The notes under the pieces are model-generated. The model did not search any database. It was not told the DNA's origin and saw nothing but the letters and a program-made list of their open reading frames with translations. A DNA stretch of 64,000 nt from Roseomonas sp. GTDB lineage: Bacteria > Pseudomonadota > Alphaproteobacteria > Acetobacterales > Acetobacteraceae. How positions within the stretch are numbered: the first letter of the stretch is position 1; each line of letters starts with the position of its first letter. Below are positions 17,557 through 27,933 of this stretch, one piece after another. The stretch lies in NCBI GenBank assembly GCA_044341625.1, contig JBIIRI010000001.1, positions 6,325-70,324 on the forward strand, given 5' to 3'. A program made the translations under genes and the position numbers.

Positions 17557-18821
17557 GCCGCTTCACCGACCATGCCGGCCGCCCGCTGGTCGCGGTGACG
17601 GGCATCGGGATCGTGACACCGCTCGGCCTCGGGGTTGTCGACAACTGGGCCGCGCTCACCGCCGGCCGGTCCGGCATCCGCCGCATCACCCGCTTCCCGA
17701 CCGAACATCTCCGCACCACCATCGCCGGCACGGTCGATCTGCCCGGCGAGGATACGGGCGCCATGACCTCCTCCCAGCGCGTCGCACGCTATGCGACGCT
17801 TGTGGCGGAAGAAGCGCTGGCGCAGGCCGGCTTCGGTCCGGGCAACTTCCCGGGCCCGCTGATGCTCGGCATGCCCCCGGTCGAGACCGAGTGGCCCTAT
17901 CGCCTGCGCCTGGCCGCCCGCGCCGCCCCGGCCGCGCCGCTGTATCCCGCGCTGATCGAGGCGGCGGCGAAGTGGGATGAGATGTACGAGCTCGCCGCCT
18001 TCGCCGGCATCGGCGAAAAGCTGGCCGAGCGCTTCGGCACGCGCGGCGCGCCCATCGCCATCTCCACCGCCTGTGCCACCGGCGGGTCCGCCATTCAGCT
18101 CGGCGTCGAGGCGATCCGGCGCGGGGAAGCCGAGGCCGCGCTGGCCATCGGCGCCGATGGCACGGTGCAGCCGGAGGCGCTGATCCGCTTCTCCCTGCTC
18201 TCGGCGCTGTCCACCCGCAACGACGATCCCGCAAAGGCCGCCCGGCCCTTCGAGAAGTCGCGCGACGGTTTCGTGATGAGCGAGGGCGCGGCCTGCCTGG
18301 TGCTGGAAAGCCTGGAACATGCCCGCGCGCGCGGCGCCAAGGTGCTCGGCCTGATCGGCGGCTGCGGCGAGAAATCCGACAGCTTCCATCGCACCCGTTC
18401 CAACCCCTCGGGCGAGGCGATCATCCGCGCGATGCGCAACGCCATCGCCGATGCGGGGCTGCAGCCGGACGCGATCGGCTATGTGAACGCCCACGGCACC
18501 TCGACGCCCGAGAACGACAAGATGGAGACGCTCGGGCTGCGCGCCGTCTTCGGCGAAGGCGCGCCGCCGATCTCCTCCAACAAATCCATGCTCGGCCACA
18601 CGCTGAGCGCGGCGGGCGCCATCGAGGCGGCCTTCAGCCTGCTGACCATCCGCGACCAGTTGCTGCCGCCCACCATCAACCACGAGGAGCCGGATCCGGC
18701 CATCACGCTGGATGTGGTGCCCAACGTGGCCCGCGCGGCGAAGGTGTCGCATGTGCTGTCCAACAGCTTCGGCTTCGGCGGGCAGAATGTCTGCCTCGTG
18801 ATCTCGGGAGAGCCCGCCTGA
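17553..18821 (+). CDS. fabF1XL: beta-ketoacyl-ACP synthase FabF1XL
   Basis: STACATG, NAHGTST, KSMLGHT, SNSFGFGG. Confidence 0.9.
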   Translation: MSRFTDHAGRPLVAVTGIGIVTPLGLGVVDNWAALTAGRSGIRRITRFPTEHLRTTIAGTVDLPGEDTGAMTSSQRVARYATLVAEEALAQAGFGPGNFPGPLMLGMPPVETEWPYRLRLAARAAPAAPLYPALIEAAAKWDEMYELAAFAGIGEKLAERFGTRGAPIAISTACATGGSAIQLGVEAIRRGEAEAALAIGADGTVQPEALIRFSLLSALSTRNDDPAKAARPFEKSRDGFVMSEGAACLVLESLEHARARGAKVLGLIGGCGEKSDSFHRTRSNPSGEAIIRAMRNAIADAGLQPDAIGYVNAHGTSTPENDKMETLGLRAVFGEGAPPISSNKSMLGHTLSAAGAIEAAFSLLTIRDQLLPPTINHEEPDPAITLDVVPNVARAAKVSHVLSNSFGFGGQNVCLVISGEPA

Positions 18822-19843
18822 TGCGTGCCCTGCGCCTGCATGGCGACCGCGACCTGCGGCTGGAGGAGGTCGCGCCCCCGCCCCCGCCCGGCCCCGGGGA
18901 GATCCAGATCCGGATCCGCGCGGTCTCGCTGAACCATATCGATGTCTGGGGCTGGCGCGGCATGGCCTTCGCGCAGCGCCAGCTGCCGCTGACCGTCGGC
19001 GCGGAGGCGTCGGGCGAGGTGGTGGCGATCGGCGAAGGCGTGACCGGCTGGGCGATCGGCGACCGCGCGACCCCCTATGGCGCCCGCACCTGCGGCACCT
19101 GCGAGGCCTGCACCTCGGGCCGCGACAATCTGTGCGAGAATGTCCAGGGCGTGGCCGGCTTCCACATCGACGGCTTCGCGCGCGAAGTGGCGAATTGGCC
19201 GGCGCGCACGCTGGTGAAGGTGCCGTCCAGCGTGTCCTTCGAGGACGCGGCCTGTTCCACCGTCACCTTCGGCACGGTCGAGCACATGCTGTTCGACAAT
19301 GCCCGGCTGCAGCCGGGCGAGACCATCCTGATCCAGGCCGCCGGATCGGGCATCGGATCCGTCGCCATCCGCGTCGCCAAGGCGCTGGGCTGCACCGTGA
19401 TCGCGACCGCGGGCGACGACGAGAAATGCGCCAAGGCGAAGGATCTCGGCGCCGATCATGTGGTCAATTACAGCGAGAAGAACTTCTCCACCGTCGCGCG
19501 GCGCGTCACCGGCAAGCGCGGCGTGGATGTGGTGTTCGAACATGTGGGGGCGGCGACCTGGGCGGCGTCCCTGCTCTCGCTCCGCATGGGCGGGCGGCTG
19601 GTGACCTGCGGCAGCACCTCCGGCGTCAATGCCGACACCAACCTGATGATGCTGTTCCAGCGCCAGCTGCACATCTTCGGCAGCTTCGGCTGCCGGATCG
19701 AGAATGTCCGCAATGCGGTGGCGAAGATGGCGTCCGGCATCCGCCCGGTGCTCGACACCGTCGTGCCGCTGGACCGCTTCTCCGAAGGTCTGGAGCGGCT
19801 GGAATCGCGCCGGGTCTTCGGCAAGATCATCGTGACGCTGTGA
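18821..19843 (+). CDS. adhA2XL: MDR/zinc-binding dehydrogenase AdhA2XL
   Basis: CGTCEAC...C structural Zn site, AAGSGIG NAD(P) motif; cluster position. Confidence 0.85.
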   Translation: MRALRLHGDRDLRLEEVAPPPPPGPGEIQIRIRAVSLNHIDVWGWRGMAFAQRQLPLTVGAEASGEVVAIGEGVTGWAIGDRATPYGARTCGTCEACTSGRDNLCENVQGVAGFHIDGFAREVANWPARTLVKVPSSVSFEDAACSTVTFGTVEHMLFDNARLQPGETILIQAAGSGIGSVAIRVAKALGCTVIATAGDDEKCAKAKDLGADHVVNYSEKNFSTVARRVTGKRGVDVVFEHVGAATWAASLLSLRMGGRLVTCGSTSGVNADTNLMMLFQRQLHIFGSFGCRIENVRNAVAKMASGIRPVLDTVVPLDRFSEGLERLESRRVFGKIIVTL

Positions 19844-19985
19844 TGCCCTCAAGCGGCGGGCGCTGCCTGCGGCAGCTTGCCTGCGCGCAGGCCACGGGTG
19901 CGCCCGGCGGGGCGGTTGGTTGGTGCGCGGCGCGCATTCGCGCGCTCGGCCTGCGCGAAATGGCGCCGGCCGCCTTTCCGGCGCG
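19841..19985 (+). repeat. Dispersed multi-hairpin repeat, copy 1
   Basis: Begins TGATGCCCTCA, contains an ATTC-loop hairpin; homologous to 42892 and 48791/48899. Confidence 0.7.
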
Positions 19986-20888
19986 ATGAGCGGACGGCTT
20001 CAGAGGATCGGCGACGAAGCCCTGGCCGCGCTGGTGCGCGGCGCCTTCGGGCTGGTGCGCGCGCTCGGGCCTGACCGCGCGTCCAATCTCGGCGCCGCCG
20101 GCGCGCGGCTGCTCGCGCAGCTGGCGCCGCAGAATCGCATCGCGCGCGAGAACATCGCTGCCGCCTTCCCCGAGAAGACCGAGGCCGAACGCGCCGCGAT
20201 CCTCCGCGAAAGCTGGGAGAATCTTGGCCGCACCGCGGCGGAATATGTCCATCTCGGCGCGCTGTGGGACTGGGACCCGGCCAATCCCGATGCCGGCCGC
20301 ATCGAATTGCCCCCCGACAGCGTCGCGCGATTCCGCCAGTTGCTGGAGGACGGCAAGCCCGCGATGGTCTTCGCGGCGCATCTGGCGAATTGGGAATTGC
20401 CGGCGGTGGCCGCGCAGCGCCACGGCCTGCCGGCGGCCGCGCTGTATCGCACGCCGAACAACCGCGCGATCGCGCGCGACATCCTGGCCATGCGCCGCCC
20501 GGTGATGGGAGAGCTGATCCCCGCCGGCACCGCCGCGCCGATCCGGATGATGGAGGCGCTGGATGCCGGGCTGCATCTCGGCATGCTGGTGGACCAGCGC
20601 TTCGGGCGCGGGCCGCAGGTGCGCTTCCTCGGCCGCACCGCGTCGGCGAACCCGCTGCTCGCGCGGCTCGCCCGGCGCTTCGATTGCCCGGTGCATGGCG
20701 CCCGCGCCATCCGCCTGCCCGGCAACCGCTTCCGGCTGGAGCTGACCGAGGCCATCGCCCTGCCCCGCGACGCGCGCGGCGTGGTGGATGTGGATGCCGC
20801 GACGCAGGCGATCAACGACATCATCGCCGGCTGGATCCGCGAACATCCCGGCCAATGGCTGTGGCAGCACCGCCGCTGGCGGATGTAG
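19986..20888 (+). CDS. lpxXL: Lipid A VLCFA acyltransferase LpxXL (HtrB/MsbB family)
   Basis: AHLANWE, LVDQ, PGQWLWQHRRW. Confidence 0.9.
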   Translation: MSGRLQRIGDEALAALVRGAFGLVRALGPDRASNLGAAGARLLAQLAPQNRIARENIAAAFPEKTEAERAAILRESWENLGRTAAEYVHLGALWDWDPANPDAGRIELPPDSVARFRQLLEDGKPAMVFAAHLANWELPAVAAQRHGLPAAALYRTPNNRAIARDILAMRRPVMGELIPAGTAAPIRMMEALDAGLHLGMLVDQRFGRGPQVRFLGRTASANPLLARLARRFDCPVHGARAIRLPGNRFRLELTEAIALPRDARGVVDVDAATQAINDIIAGWIREHPGQWLWQHRRWRM

Positions 20889-20985
20889 GTCTTTCCATCC
20901 GCGGCGTGGGCGCACCTGGAGCGGCACGACGTACTGGGTTGCCGCGACAGGCGTCGTCGGTCAGCGAAGACGACCGATGAAGTGG

Positions 20986-21408
20986 GGCGCCGGGTGGCCT
21001 GTAAGCCGGGTTCTGTCCACGCCCTAGGGATGAACCCGGGGCGCTGTGCGACCATTCCTCTGGACCCTGCGTTGCCGCAGGGTTCTCGCGGCCAACCCGG
21101 GCGACGGGGCGAGAATGCCCCTGCGTCCACGCGCCTTTCGGCACGCTTCGCCGGCCGCCCCTATTCGGCCTTGCTCCCGGTGGGGTTTGCCATGCCGCCC
21201 CCGTCGCCGGGGGCGCGGTGGGCTCTTGCCCCACCCTTTCACCCTTACCGCGGGGTGTTTCCACGCCGTGGCGGTCTGCTCTCTGTGGCACTTTCCCTGG
21301 GGTTTGACCCCCGCCGGTCGTTGACCGGCACCGTATTCCCGTGGAGCCCGGACTTTCCTCCAGCCGCGTGTCGCCACGCTGCCAGCGGTCGCCCAGCCAC
21401 CCGACGCC
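20986..21408 (-). ncRNA. rnpB: RNase P RNA (bacterial type A)
   Basis: GAGGAAAGTCCGGGCTCC, GGGAAAGTGCCACAGA and ACAGAACCCGGCTTA; P1 helix GGCGTCGGGTGGC/GCCACCCGGCGCC. Confidence 0.97.
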
Positions 21409-21470
21409 ATGGCTCATGTGCGCCCCCCGGGGGCGCGGGTCAACGCCCAGGGCCAGGATGAGAGGGCTGG

Positions 21471-23006
21471 CTAGACCCGCTGCAGCGGCACCCGGGCGGA
21501 AAGCCAGGCCGCGCCGGCCAGCATCAGCGCGGCGGCCAGGAAGGCGGCGCGGAAGGCGCCGGTCATGGCTTCCCGGAACTCGGCGCGGGCCGCCTCCGCC
21601 AGCCCGGCCAGCGCGTCCGGGCCCTGGTTCACCAGGGCCACGAACAACGCCGCGGCATCGCCCCCGCCTTCCCCCGTCCCGCCATGCGCCACCAGCGTGC
21701 CGAACAGCACCGTCCCCATCAGCGCCGTGCCGCTCGCCGCGCCGAGGGAGCGGATGAACTGCACCGAGGCCGTGGCCGCCCCCAGCCGCTCTCGCCCGGC
21801 GGCGAATTGCACCACGACCTGCACCATCGGGAAGGAGGTGCCGAGCGCGATGGAGGCCAGCCCGAGCAGCAGCGCCACCACCGGCACCGCGAGCGCCCCC
21901 GTGCTCAGCGCGACGCCCGCCATGATCGCCGCCGCGAGGGCGAGCCCGATGGTGGGCCAGATCATCGTCCGCCCGGTCCGCGCCAGCAGTTGCCCCGACG
22001 CCATGGCGCCGAGCGCCGCCGCCGCCGCCAGCGGCAGCAGCGCGAGGCCGGAGGCCGCCGGCGACAACCCGCGCACCGCGACGAAATAGATCGGCAGGAA
22101 AGCGATGGCGCCCACGAAAGCGCCCGAGACCAGCGCCGAGGACAGGTTGGCCCGCCAGATCGAAGGCTCGCCCAGCACCTGGAGCGGCAGCAGCGGGTCG
22201 GCCGCGCGCCGTTCCTGCCGCCACAGCAGGACAAGCGCGAGGGCGGCAACGGCGCCAAGCCCCGCCGCCACCGCAAGCGGCCCGGGTGCGAGACGCCGCA
22301 GCTGGTCGAGCGCGAGCAGCGTCGGGGCCACGAACAGCACGAACAGCGCCAGCCCCATCCAGTCGAAGGAGAAGCCCTTGGCCGAGCCCGGCGCGGCGCC
22401 ATCCAGTCGGCGCACCACAAGCCAGGCCGCGACCAGCGCCAGGGGCGGCTGCACCATGAACACGGCGCGCCAGCCGAGCCATTCGGTCAGCAGCCCGCCC
22501 ACCACCGGCCCGGCCGCCGAGGCGGCGGCGAAGATCGCCGCGATCCAGGCCTGGAAGCGCCCGCGTTCCCGCGGCGGCACGAATTCCCCGATCAGCGCGA
22601 TGGACAGCGAGATCAGCCCGCCCCCGCCCAGCCCCTGCACCAGCCGCGCCAGCGCCAGCGTATCCAGCGTGGGCGCCACCGCGCAGAGCACCGCGCCCAG
22701 GGCATAGAGCGCGAGCGAAACCAGCAGCATCCGCCTTCGCCCGAAGGCATCGCCCAGCCGCCCATGCACCGGCGCCGCGATGGTGGTCCCGACCAGATAA
22801 GCGACCACGACCCAAGAGATCCGCTCCACCTCGCCCACCGAGCGGGCGATGGCGGGCAGGGCCGCGGCGACGATGGTCTGGTCCAGCGCCGCGCCGAACA
22901 TGGCCAGCCCCACGGCGGGGAAGACGCGGAAGAACAGCCGCCGCAGCGCGGCATGGCTCAGCGCCGCATCGGCCTGCGCGCCGGGAGGGGGGGAGTTGGG
23001 GGCCAT
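21471..23006 (-). CDS. MFS drug:H+ antiporter (DHA2, 14-TMS)
   Basis: ALDQTIV, GRLGDAFGRRR, GPVVGG. Confidence 0.9.
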   Translation of the reverse strand: MAPNSPPPGAQADAALSHAALRRLFFRVFPAVGLAMFGAALDQTIVAAALPAIARSVGEVERISWVVVAYLVGTTIAAPVHGRLGDAFGRRRMLLVSLALYALGAVLCAVAPTLDTLALARLVQGLGGGGLISLSIALIGEFVPPRERGRFQAWIAAIFAAASAAGPVVGGLLTEWLGWRAVFMVQPPLALVAAWLVVRRLDGAAPGSAKGFSFDWMGLALFVLFVAPTLLALDQLRRLAPGPLAVAAGLGAVAALALVLLWRQERRAADPLLPLQVLGEPSIWRANLSSALVSGAFVGAIAFLPIYFVAVRGLSPAASGLALLPLAAAAALGAMASGQLLARTGRTMIWPTIGLALAAAIMAGVALSTGALAVPVVALLLGLASIALGTSFPMVQVVVQFAAGRERLGAATASVQFIRSLGAASGTALMGTVLFGTLVAHGGTGEGGGDAAALFVALVNQGPDALAGLAEAARAEFREAMTGAFRAAFLAAALMLAGAAWLSARVPLQRV

Positions 23007-23077
23007 CGGCCCAGTCTAGGCGCAAAAGTCTGGGCGCAAAGCCGGCCTTGCCCAGGCCGGCGCGTCGCGCCGGCGGG

Positions 23078-24034
23078 CTACATGACGCCGCCGCGACCCA
23101 TTTCGAGGAACTTCTCGCGCCGGCGGGCGCGCAGCGTCGCGCCGTCCAGCGCCAGCAGCGGCTCCAGCAGCGACCACACCTTGTCGCCCACCGCCGCCAT
23201 CAGCGCATCGGCGTTGCGATGCGCGCCGCCGAGCGGCTCCGGCACGATGGCATCCACCAGGTTCAGGCGGCGCAGATCCTCGGCGGTCAGCCGCAGCGCC
23301 TCGGCCGCCGTCGCCGCCTGGGCGGCGTCGCGCCAGAGGATGGAGGCGCAGCCCTCCGGGCTGATCACGGAATAGACGGCGTGTTCCAGCATCACCACGC
23401 GGTCGGCGGCGGCGAGCGCGATGGCCCCGCCCGAACCGCCTTCCCCGATGATGGTCGCGATGAAGGGCACCGGCGCGTCGAGCCCGGCCTCGATGGAACG
23501 GGCGATGGCTTCCGCCTGGCCGCGCGCCTCCGCCTCGATGCCCGGGAAGGCGCCGGCGGTGTCGACGAAGGAGATGATCGGCAGGCCGAAGCGGCCGGCG
23601 AGTTCCATGATGCGGCGCGCCTTGCGGTAGCCCTCGGGCCGCGCCATGCCGAAATTATGCTTCACACGGCTTTCGGTGTCCCGGCCCTTCTCGGTGCCGA
23701 GAACCGCGACCGCCCGGCCGCGGAACCGCCCGAGGCCGGCCACCACCGCCGCGTCATCGGCATAGGCCCGGTCGCCGGCCAGCGGCGTCCAGTCCGTGAT
23801 CAGGGCGCGGACGTAGTCAAGCGCCTTCGGCCGTTCCGGATGGCGGGCAACCAGCGTCTTCTGCCAGGGCGAGAGCTTGGCATAGGTCTGGCGCAGCAGG
23901 GATTCGGCCTTGTCGCGAAGCCGGCCGACCTCCTCGGCCACGTCGATACCGCCCGCATCGGTGGTCCGGCGGAGCTCCTCGATCTTGCCTTCGAGCTCGG
24001 CGATCGGCTTTTCGAATTCAAGGAAGTGGCGCAT
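23078..24034 (-). CDS. accA: Acetyl-CoA carboxylase carboxyltransferase alpha
   Basis: FLEFEKPI, ARHPERP, GEGGSGGA, SVISPEGC. Confidence 0.97.
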   Translation of the reverse strand: MRHFLEFEKPIAELEGKIEELRRTTDAGGIDVAEEVGRLRDKAESLLRQTYAKLSPWQKTLVARHPERPKALDYVRALITDWTPLAGDRAYADDAAVVAGLGRFRGRAVAVLGTEKGRDTESRVKHNFGMARPEGYRKARRIMELAGRFGLPIISFVDTAGAFPGIEAEARGQAEAIARSIEAGLDAPVPFIATIIGEGGSGGAIALAAADRVVMLEHAVYSVISPEGCASILWRDAAQAATAAEALRLTAEDLRRLNLVDAIVPEPLGGAHRNADALMAAVGDKVWSLLEPLLALDGATLRARRREKFLEMGRGGVM

Positions 24035-24093
24035 GGCGCCCCGGTGTTAGCCTGGAACGCGGGCGGGCGAAAGCGTTGGCGGCGCCTGCCCCC

Positions 24094-25125
24094 TCAGCAC
24101 GCGGCGGGGGGCGGGGTGGCGGTGGCGAAGCGCAGCAGGCAGGCCCCAAAACGGTCGTTGAACGCGCCGCTCGCCCCCGCACCATGTCCGGTCGGCTGTT
24201 CGGGGCGGTCGATGAACAAGAAGGCGCCGGCCCGCGCGCCGAGTTCGCGGAACAGCCGAGCGCGTGCCTCAGGCTCAGCATCGAAGGGGTCTTCGCGGAA
24301 CACCGCGACAGCCAGGCGGGCTCCGGGCGCTCCCGCAGCGGCGGCCACGATAGTGCGCAGGTCGTCCAATTGCCGTTGGTGGGCCGCGCTGCCGGTCTGG
24401 CCATGAGCGGCCGGGGCGACCGCGATGGCCACATCGACCAGCCCCGGCGTCTCGAGGGCCATGAGGCTGTTCCAGCCGCCACGGGATTGGCCCGCGACGA
24501 CGACATGCCGGTAGCCCCGGCGCCGCAGCTCCGTGAGGTCGCCAGCCAGCCAGCCGGCGGCGCGCGCGGTCTCGTCCGAATTGGGGTGGCGGTCGAAGCG
24601 CCACACATCGTAGCCGGCATTGTTGAAACGCCGCGTCCAGGCTTGCGGCTGCCCGCCCCGGCTGTCCGCGCCGCCCGCCGAGCGCCCATGGGCGAAGACC
24701 AGCACCCCGCGCGCCTGGTCCGGCCCCCACCAGAGGAAGCGCGGATCCGGCACCGTCTCATGGTTCCAGGAGGACAGGCGCATCCCGGCCGGCGGCTCCG
24801 GCGGCGCCCAAGCGCGGCCGGGCAGCACCACCGCCAGATCGCGCACCGCCACCTCGCAGGGCGCGCCGCCGCTGCGGCGCTGGCAGCTGTCCAGGGCGCG
24901 TTGCTCGAGCTCCTCTGGCGTACCGCCGAGTGATTGCCAGCCTATCGCCCCGTTCGGGCCAAGCGCCAGGACCCGCGGCACCGGATAGCGCAGGAAACGC
25001 TCGACGCTGGCGCGGTCGGGCTGCGAGAGACCGGGGCTTGCCGCCATCTCCAGCAGCGGATTGCGCGGCTGCGCCGCTGCCGGCCAGGCTGCGAGGAGCA
25101 GGAGCAGGACGGCGGGGAGGCGCAT
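24094..25125 (-). CDS. Secreted alpha/beta hydrolase with an N-terminal Cys-pair domain
   Basis: Signal peptide, FAHG, GQSRGG nucleophile elbow, EDPFD, GHGAG. Confidence 0.75.
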   Translation of the reverse strand: MRLPAVLLLLLAAWPAAAQPRNPLLEMAASPGLSQPDRASVERFLRYPVPRVLALGPNGAIGWQSLGGTPEELEQRALDSCQRRSGGAPCEVAVRDLAVVLPGRAWAPPEPPAGMRLSSWNHETVPDPRFLWWGPDQARGVLVFAHGRSAGGADSRGGQPQAWTRRFNNAGYDVWRFDRHPNSDETARAAGWLAGDLTELRRRGYRHVVVAGQSRGGWNSLMALETPGLVDVAIAVAPAAHGQTGSAAHQRQLDDLRTIVAAAAGAPGARLAVAVFREDPFDAEPEARARLFRELGARAGAFLFIDRPEQPTGHGAGASGAFNDRFGACLLRFATATPPPAAC

Positions 25126-25310
25126 GGGACGATCCCGGTTCGTTTCGAATGCATGCTGCAAACATGCCGCCGGCCTGTCCAGCGCCGGGTCACGCAGCCA
25201 CCCGGCCCGCGCCGGCGCGGCCCGCCCATCTCCGGGCAAGGCTTGCCCCGGCCCGGCGGGGGCGGCATGTTCCGCCACCTTTTCCCGACCCCCAAAGGGA
25301 CTTCCCCACC

Positions 25311-26546
25311 ATGCGCGTCAAGGACGTGAAGAAGGTCGTTCTCGCCTACTCCGGCGGGCTCGACACCAGCGTGATCCTCAAGTGGCTGCAGACCACCTAC
25401 AAGTGCGAGGTGGTGACCTTCACCGCCGATCTCGGCCAGGGCGAGGAGCTTGGCCCGGCGCGCGACAAGGCGCTGATGCTCGGCATCAAGCCCGAGAACA
25501 TCTTCATCGACGACCTGCGCGAGACCTTCGTGAAGGACTTCGTCTTCCCGATGTTCCGCGCCAATGCGCTGTATGAGGGGATGTATCTCCTCGGCACCTC
25601 CATCGCCCGGCCGCTGATCGCGCAGCGCCAGATCGAGATCGCGGAGCAGGTCGGCGCGGATGCCGTGGCGCATGGCGCGACTGGCAAGGGCAACGACCAG
25701 GTCCGCTTCGAGATCGGCTATTACGCGCTGAAGCCGGATGTGAAGGTCATCGCGCCCTGGCGCGAATGGGACCTGACCAGCCGCACCGCGCTGATCGCCT
25801 TCGCCGAACAGCACCAGATCCCCATCGCCAAGGACAAGCGCGGCGAAGCGCCCTTCAGCGTGGACGCCAACCTTCTCCACAGCAGCTCCGAGGGCAAGAT
25901 CCTCGAGGAGCCGTGGGATGCGGCGGATGAGATGGTGTGGCAGCGCACCATCAGCCCGATGGACGCCCCCGACCGCGCGACCGAGATTACCATCGAGTTC
26001 GAGCGCGGTGACGCGGTGGGCATCAACGGCGAACGCATGTCGCCCGCGACCCTGCTGACGCGCCTGAACGCGCTGGGCAAGGAGAATGGGATCGGCCGGC
26101 TCGACCTGGTGGAGAACCGCTTCGTCGGCATGAAGTCCCGCGGCTGCTACGAGACGCCGGGCGGCACCATCCTGTATGTCGCGCACCGCGCGATGGAGAG
26201 CATTACGCTGGACCGGGAGGCCGCGCACCTCAAGGACAGCCTGATGCCGCGCTATGCGGAGATCATCTACAACGGCTTCTGGTTCAGCCCGGAGCGGCGG
26301 ATGCTGCAGGCGCTGATCGACCAGAGCCAGGCCAGCGTGACGGGCACGGTGCGGCTGAAGCTCTACAAGGGCAACACGATCGTCACGGGGCGGCAGTCGC
26401 CGCACAGCCTGTACTCGATGAAGCACGTGACCTTCGAGGACGACCAGGGCGCCTATGACCAGTTCGATGCCCAGGGCTTCATCAAGCTGAACGCGCTGCG
26501 CCTGCGCCTCGGCGCCATGGCCGGCCGCAAGGGCGGCGCGCTGTAA
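25311..26546 (+). CDS. argG: Argininosuccinate synthase
   Basis: [33 protein letters not shown]. Confidence 0.97.
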   Translation: MRVKDVKKVVLAYSGGLDTSVILKWLQTTYKCEVVTFTADLGQGEELGPARDKALMLGIKPENIFIDDLRETFVKDFVFPMFRANALYEGMYLLGTSIARPLIAQRQIEIAEQVGADAVAHGATGKGNDQVRFEIGYYALKPDVKVIAPWREWDLTSRTALIAFAEQHQIPIAKDKRGEAPFSVDANLLHSSSEGKILEEPWDAADEMVWQRTISPMDAPDRATEITIEFERGDAVGINGERMSPATLLTRLNALGKENGIGRLDLVENRFVGMKSRGCYETPGGTILYVAHRAMESITLDREAAHLKDSLMPRYAEIIYNGFWFSPERRMLQALIDQSQASVTGTVRLKLYKGNTIVTGRQSPHSLYSMKHVTFEDDQGAYDQFDAQGFIKLNALRLRLGAMAGRKGGAL

Positions 26547-26555
26547 CCCAGAACT

Positions 26556-26600
26556 CCCTCTCCCCCCCCCCGACGGGGGGAGAGGGTCGGGGTGAGGGGG
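26556..26600. repeat. REP-like palindrome CCCTCTCCC...GGGAGAGGG..GGGTGAGGG
   Basis: Hairpin immediately after the argG stop; related copy at 54681. Confidence 0.65.
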
Positions 26601-26621
26601 CCTCCCCATGATCGCCGCCCC

Positions 26622-27818
26622 ATGACCGACGCCCGCTTCACCGCTGCGGTGGTCGCCGCACAGGTGCTGGTGCAGATCGGCGCCTTCACCCTGCCGGCCC
26701 TGCTGCCCGGCTACATGGACCGCTGGTCGCTCTCGGCGACCGAGGCAGGCTGGCTCGTCGGTGCCTTCTTCGCCGCCTATGTGGTCGCAGTACCGGTGCT
26801 GGTCGCGCTGACGGACCGGCTGCCGGCGCAATGGATCTACCTGGTCGGCGCCGGCGCCACCGCCCTGTCCCATCTCGGCTTCGCCTTCCTCGCGGAGGGG
26901 TTCTGGAGCGCGCTGGCGCTGCGCGCCATCGGCGGCATCGGCTGGGCGGGCGCCTATATGCCGGGGCTCAAGGTGCTGGCGGACCGGCAGGAAGGCGCGG
27001 CGCAGTCGCGCGCCGTCAGCTGGCACGCGGCCGGCGTCGGCATCGCAGGCGCCGTGTCCTTCGCCGTGGCGGGCGCGATCGATGCGCTGGCAGGCCCGGA
27101 AGCCGCCTTCGTGTTCGGCGGCGTGGCGGCGCTCGCGGCGGGGGCGATCGGGCTGGCGGTGATGCCGGGGGCCGCCCCGCGCGAGCCTCGCTCGCTGGCG
27201 GCGGCGCTGGATTTCCGCCCCGTGCTCCGCAACCGCGCGGCGATGGCCTGGATCGCGGGCTACACGGCGCATACCTGGGAACTGGGCGCGCTCCGGGCCT
27301 GGGGCGTGACGTTCCTGGCCGCCGCCATCGCGCTGCACGGCGCGCCCGCCTGGCTGCCGGGGCCGAACCTGCTGTTCACGGTCGCCGGGCTGCTCGGCGT
27401 CGCAATCTCGGTCGCGGGGAACGAGACGGCGCAGCGCTTCGGGCGGATGCGGATGGTGGCCGTCGCGATGGGGACGGGCGCAGTGCTGTCCCTGGCCGCC
27501 GGGGTCTCGCTGCTGGTCTCCGCGCCCCTGGCGGCGCTCTGCGTGATGCTCTGGAACGCCGCGATCTACCTGGACAGCGCGGCGCTGACGACGGGCACGC
27601 TCGAGGTCTCGGACCGGGCCCGGCGCGGCGCGACGATGGGGCTGCACAGCATGTGCGGCTATGCGGGCGGCTTCCTCGGCCCCGTCGGGCTGGGCATGGC
27701 GCTGGACCTGGCCGGCCCGGACCCTGTGCTCGGCTGGACGCTGGCTTTCGGCCAGCTGGCGCTGGTGACCCTGGCCGGGCTCTGGGCGGTGCGGCGGCTG
27801 GGGCGCGCCGCGCCCTGA
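26622..27818 (+). CDS. MFS transporter
   Basis: About 12 TM segments, LTDRLP and LADRQEG loop motifs. Confidence 0.85.
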   Translation: MTDARFTAAVVAAQVLVQIGAFTLPALLPGYMDRWSLSATEAGWLVGAFFAAYVVAVPVLVALTDRLPAQWIYLVGAGATALSHLGFAFLAEGFWSALALRAIGGIGWAGAYMPGLKVLADRQEGAAQSRAVSWHAAGVGIAGAVSFAVAGAIDALAGPEAAFVFGGVAALAAGAIGLAVMPGAAPREPRSLAAALDFRPVLRNRAAMAWIAGYTAHTWELGALRAWGVTFLAAAIALHGAPAWLPGPNLLFTVAGLLGVAISVAGNETAQRFGRMRMVAVAMGTGAVLSLAAGVSLLVSAPLAALCVMLWNAAIYLDSAALTTGTLEVSDRARRGATMGLHSMCGYAGGFLGPVGLGMALDLAGPDPVLGWTLAFGQLALVTLAGLWAVRRLGRAAP

Positions 27819-27933
27819 CGGGCCAGCGGGCCACAGGCCCGCGTGCCGGGTCTGGCCGTTCCGCGGCGCTGTCATCCCCATGGCGGGGGCGCCCCCTCGC
27901 GAAAGGGCGCGGTCGGGACTACCTTCCAGGGCC

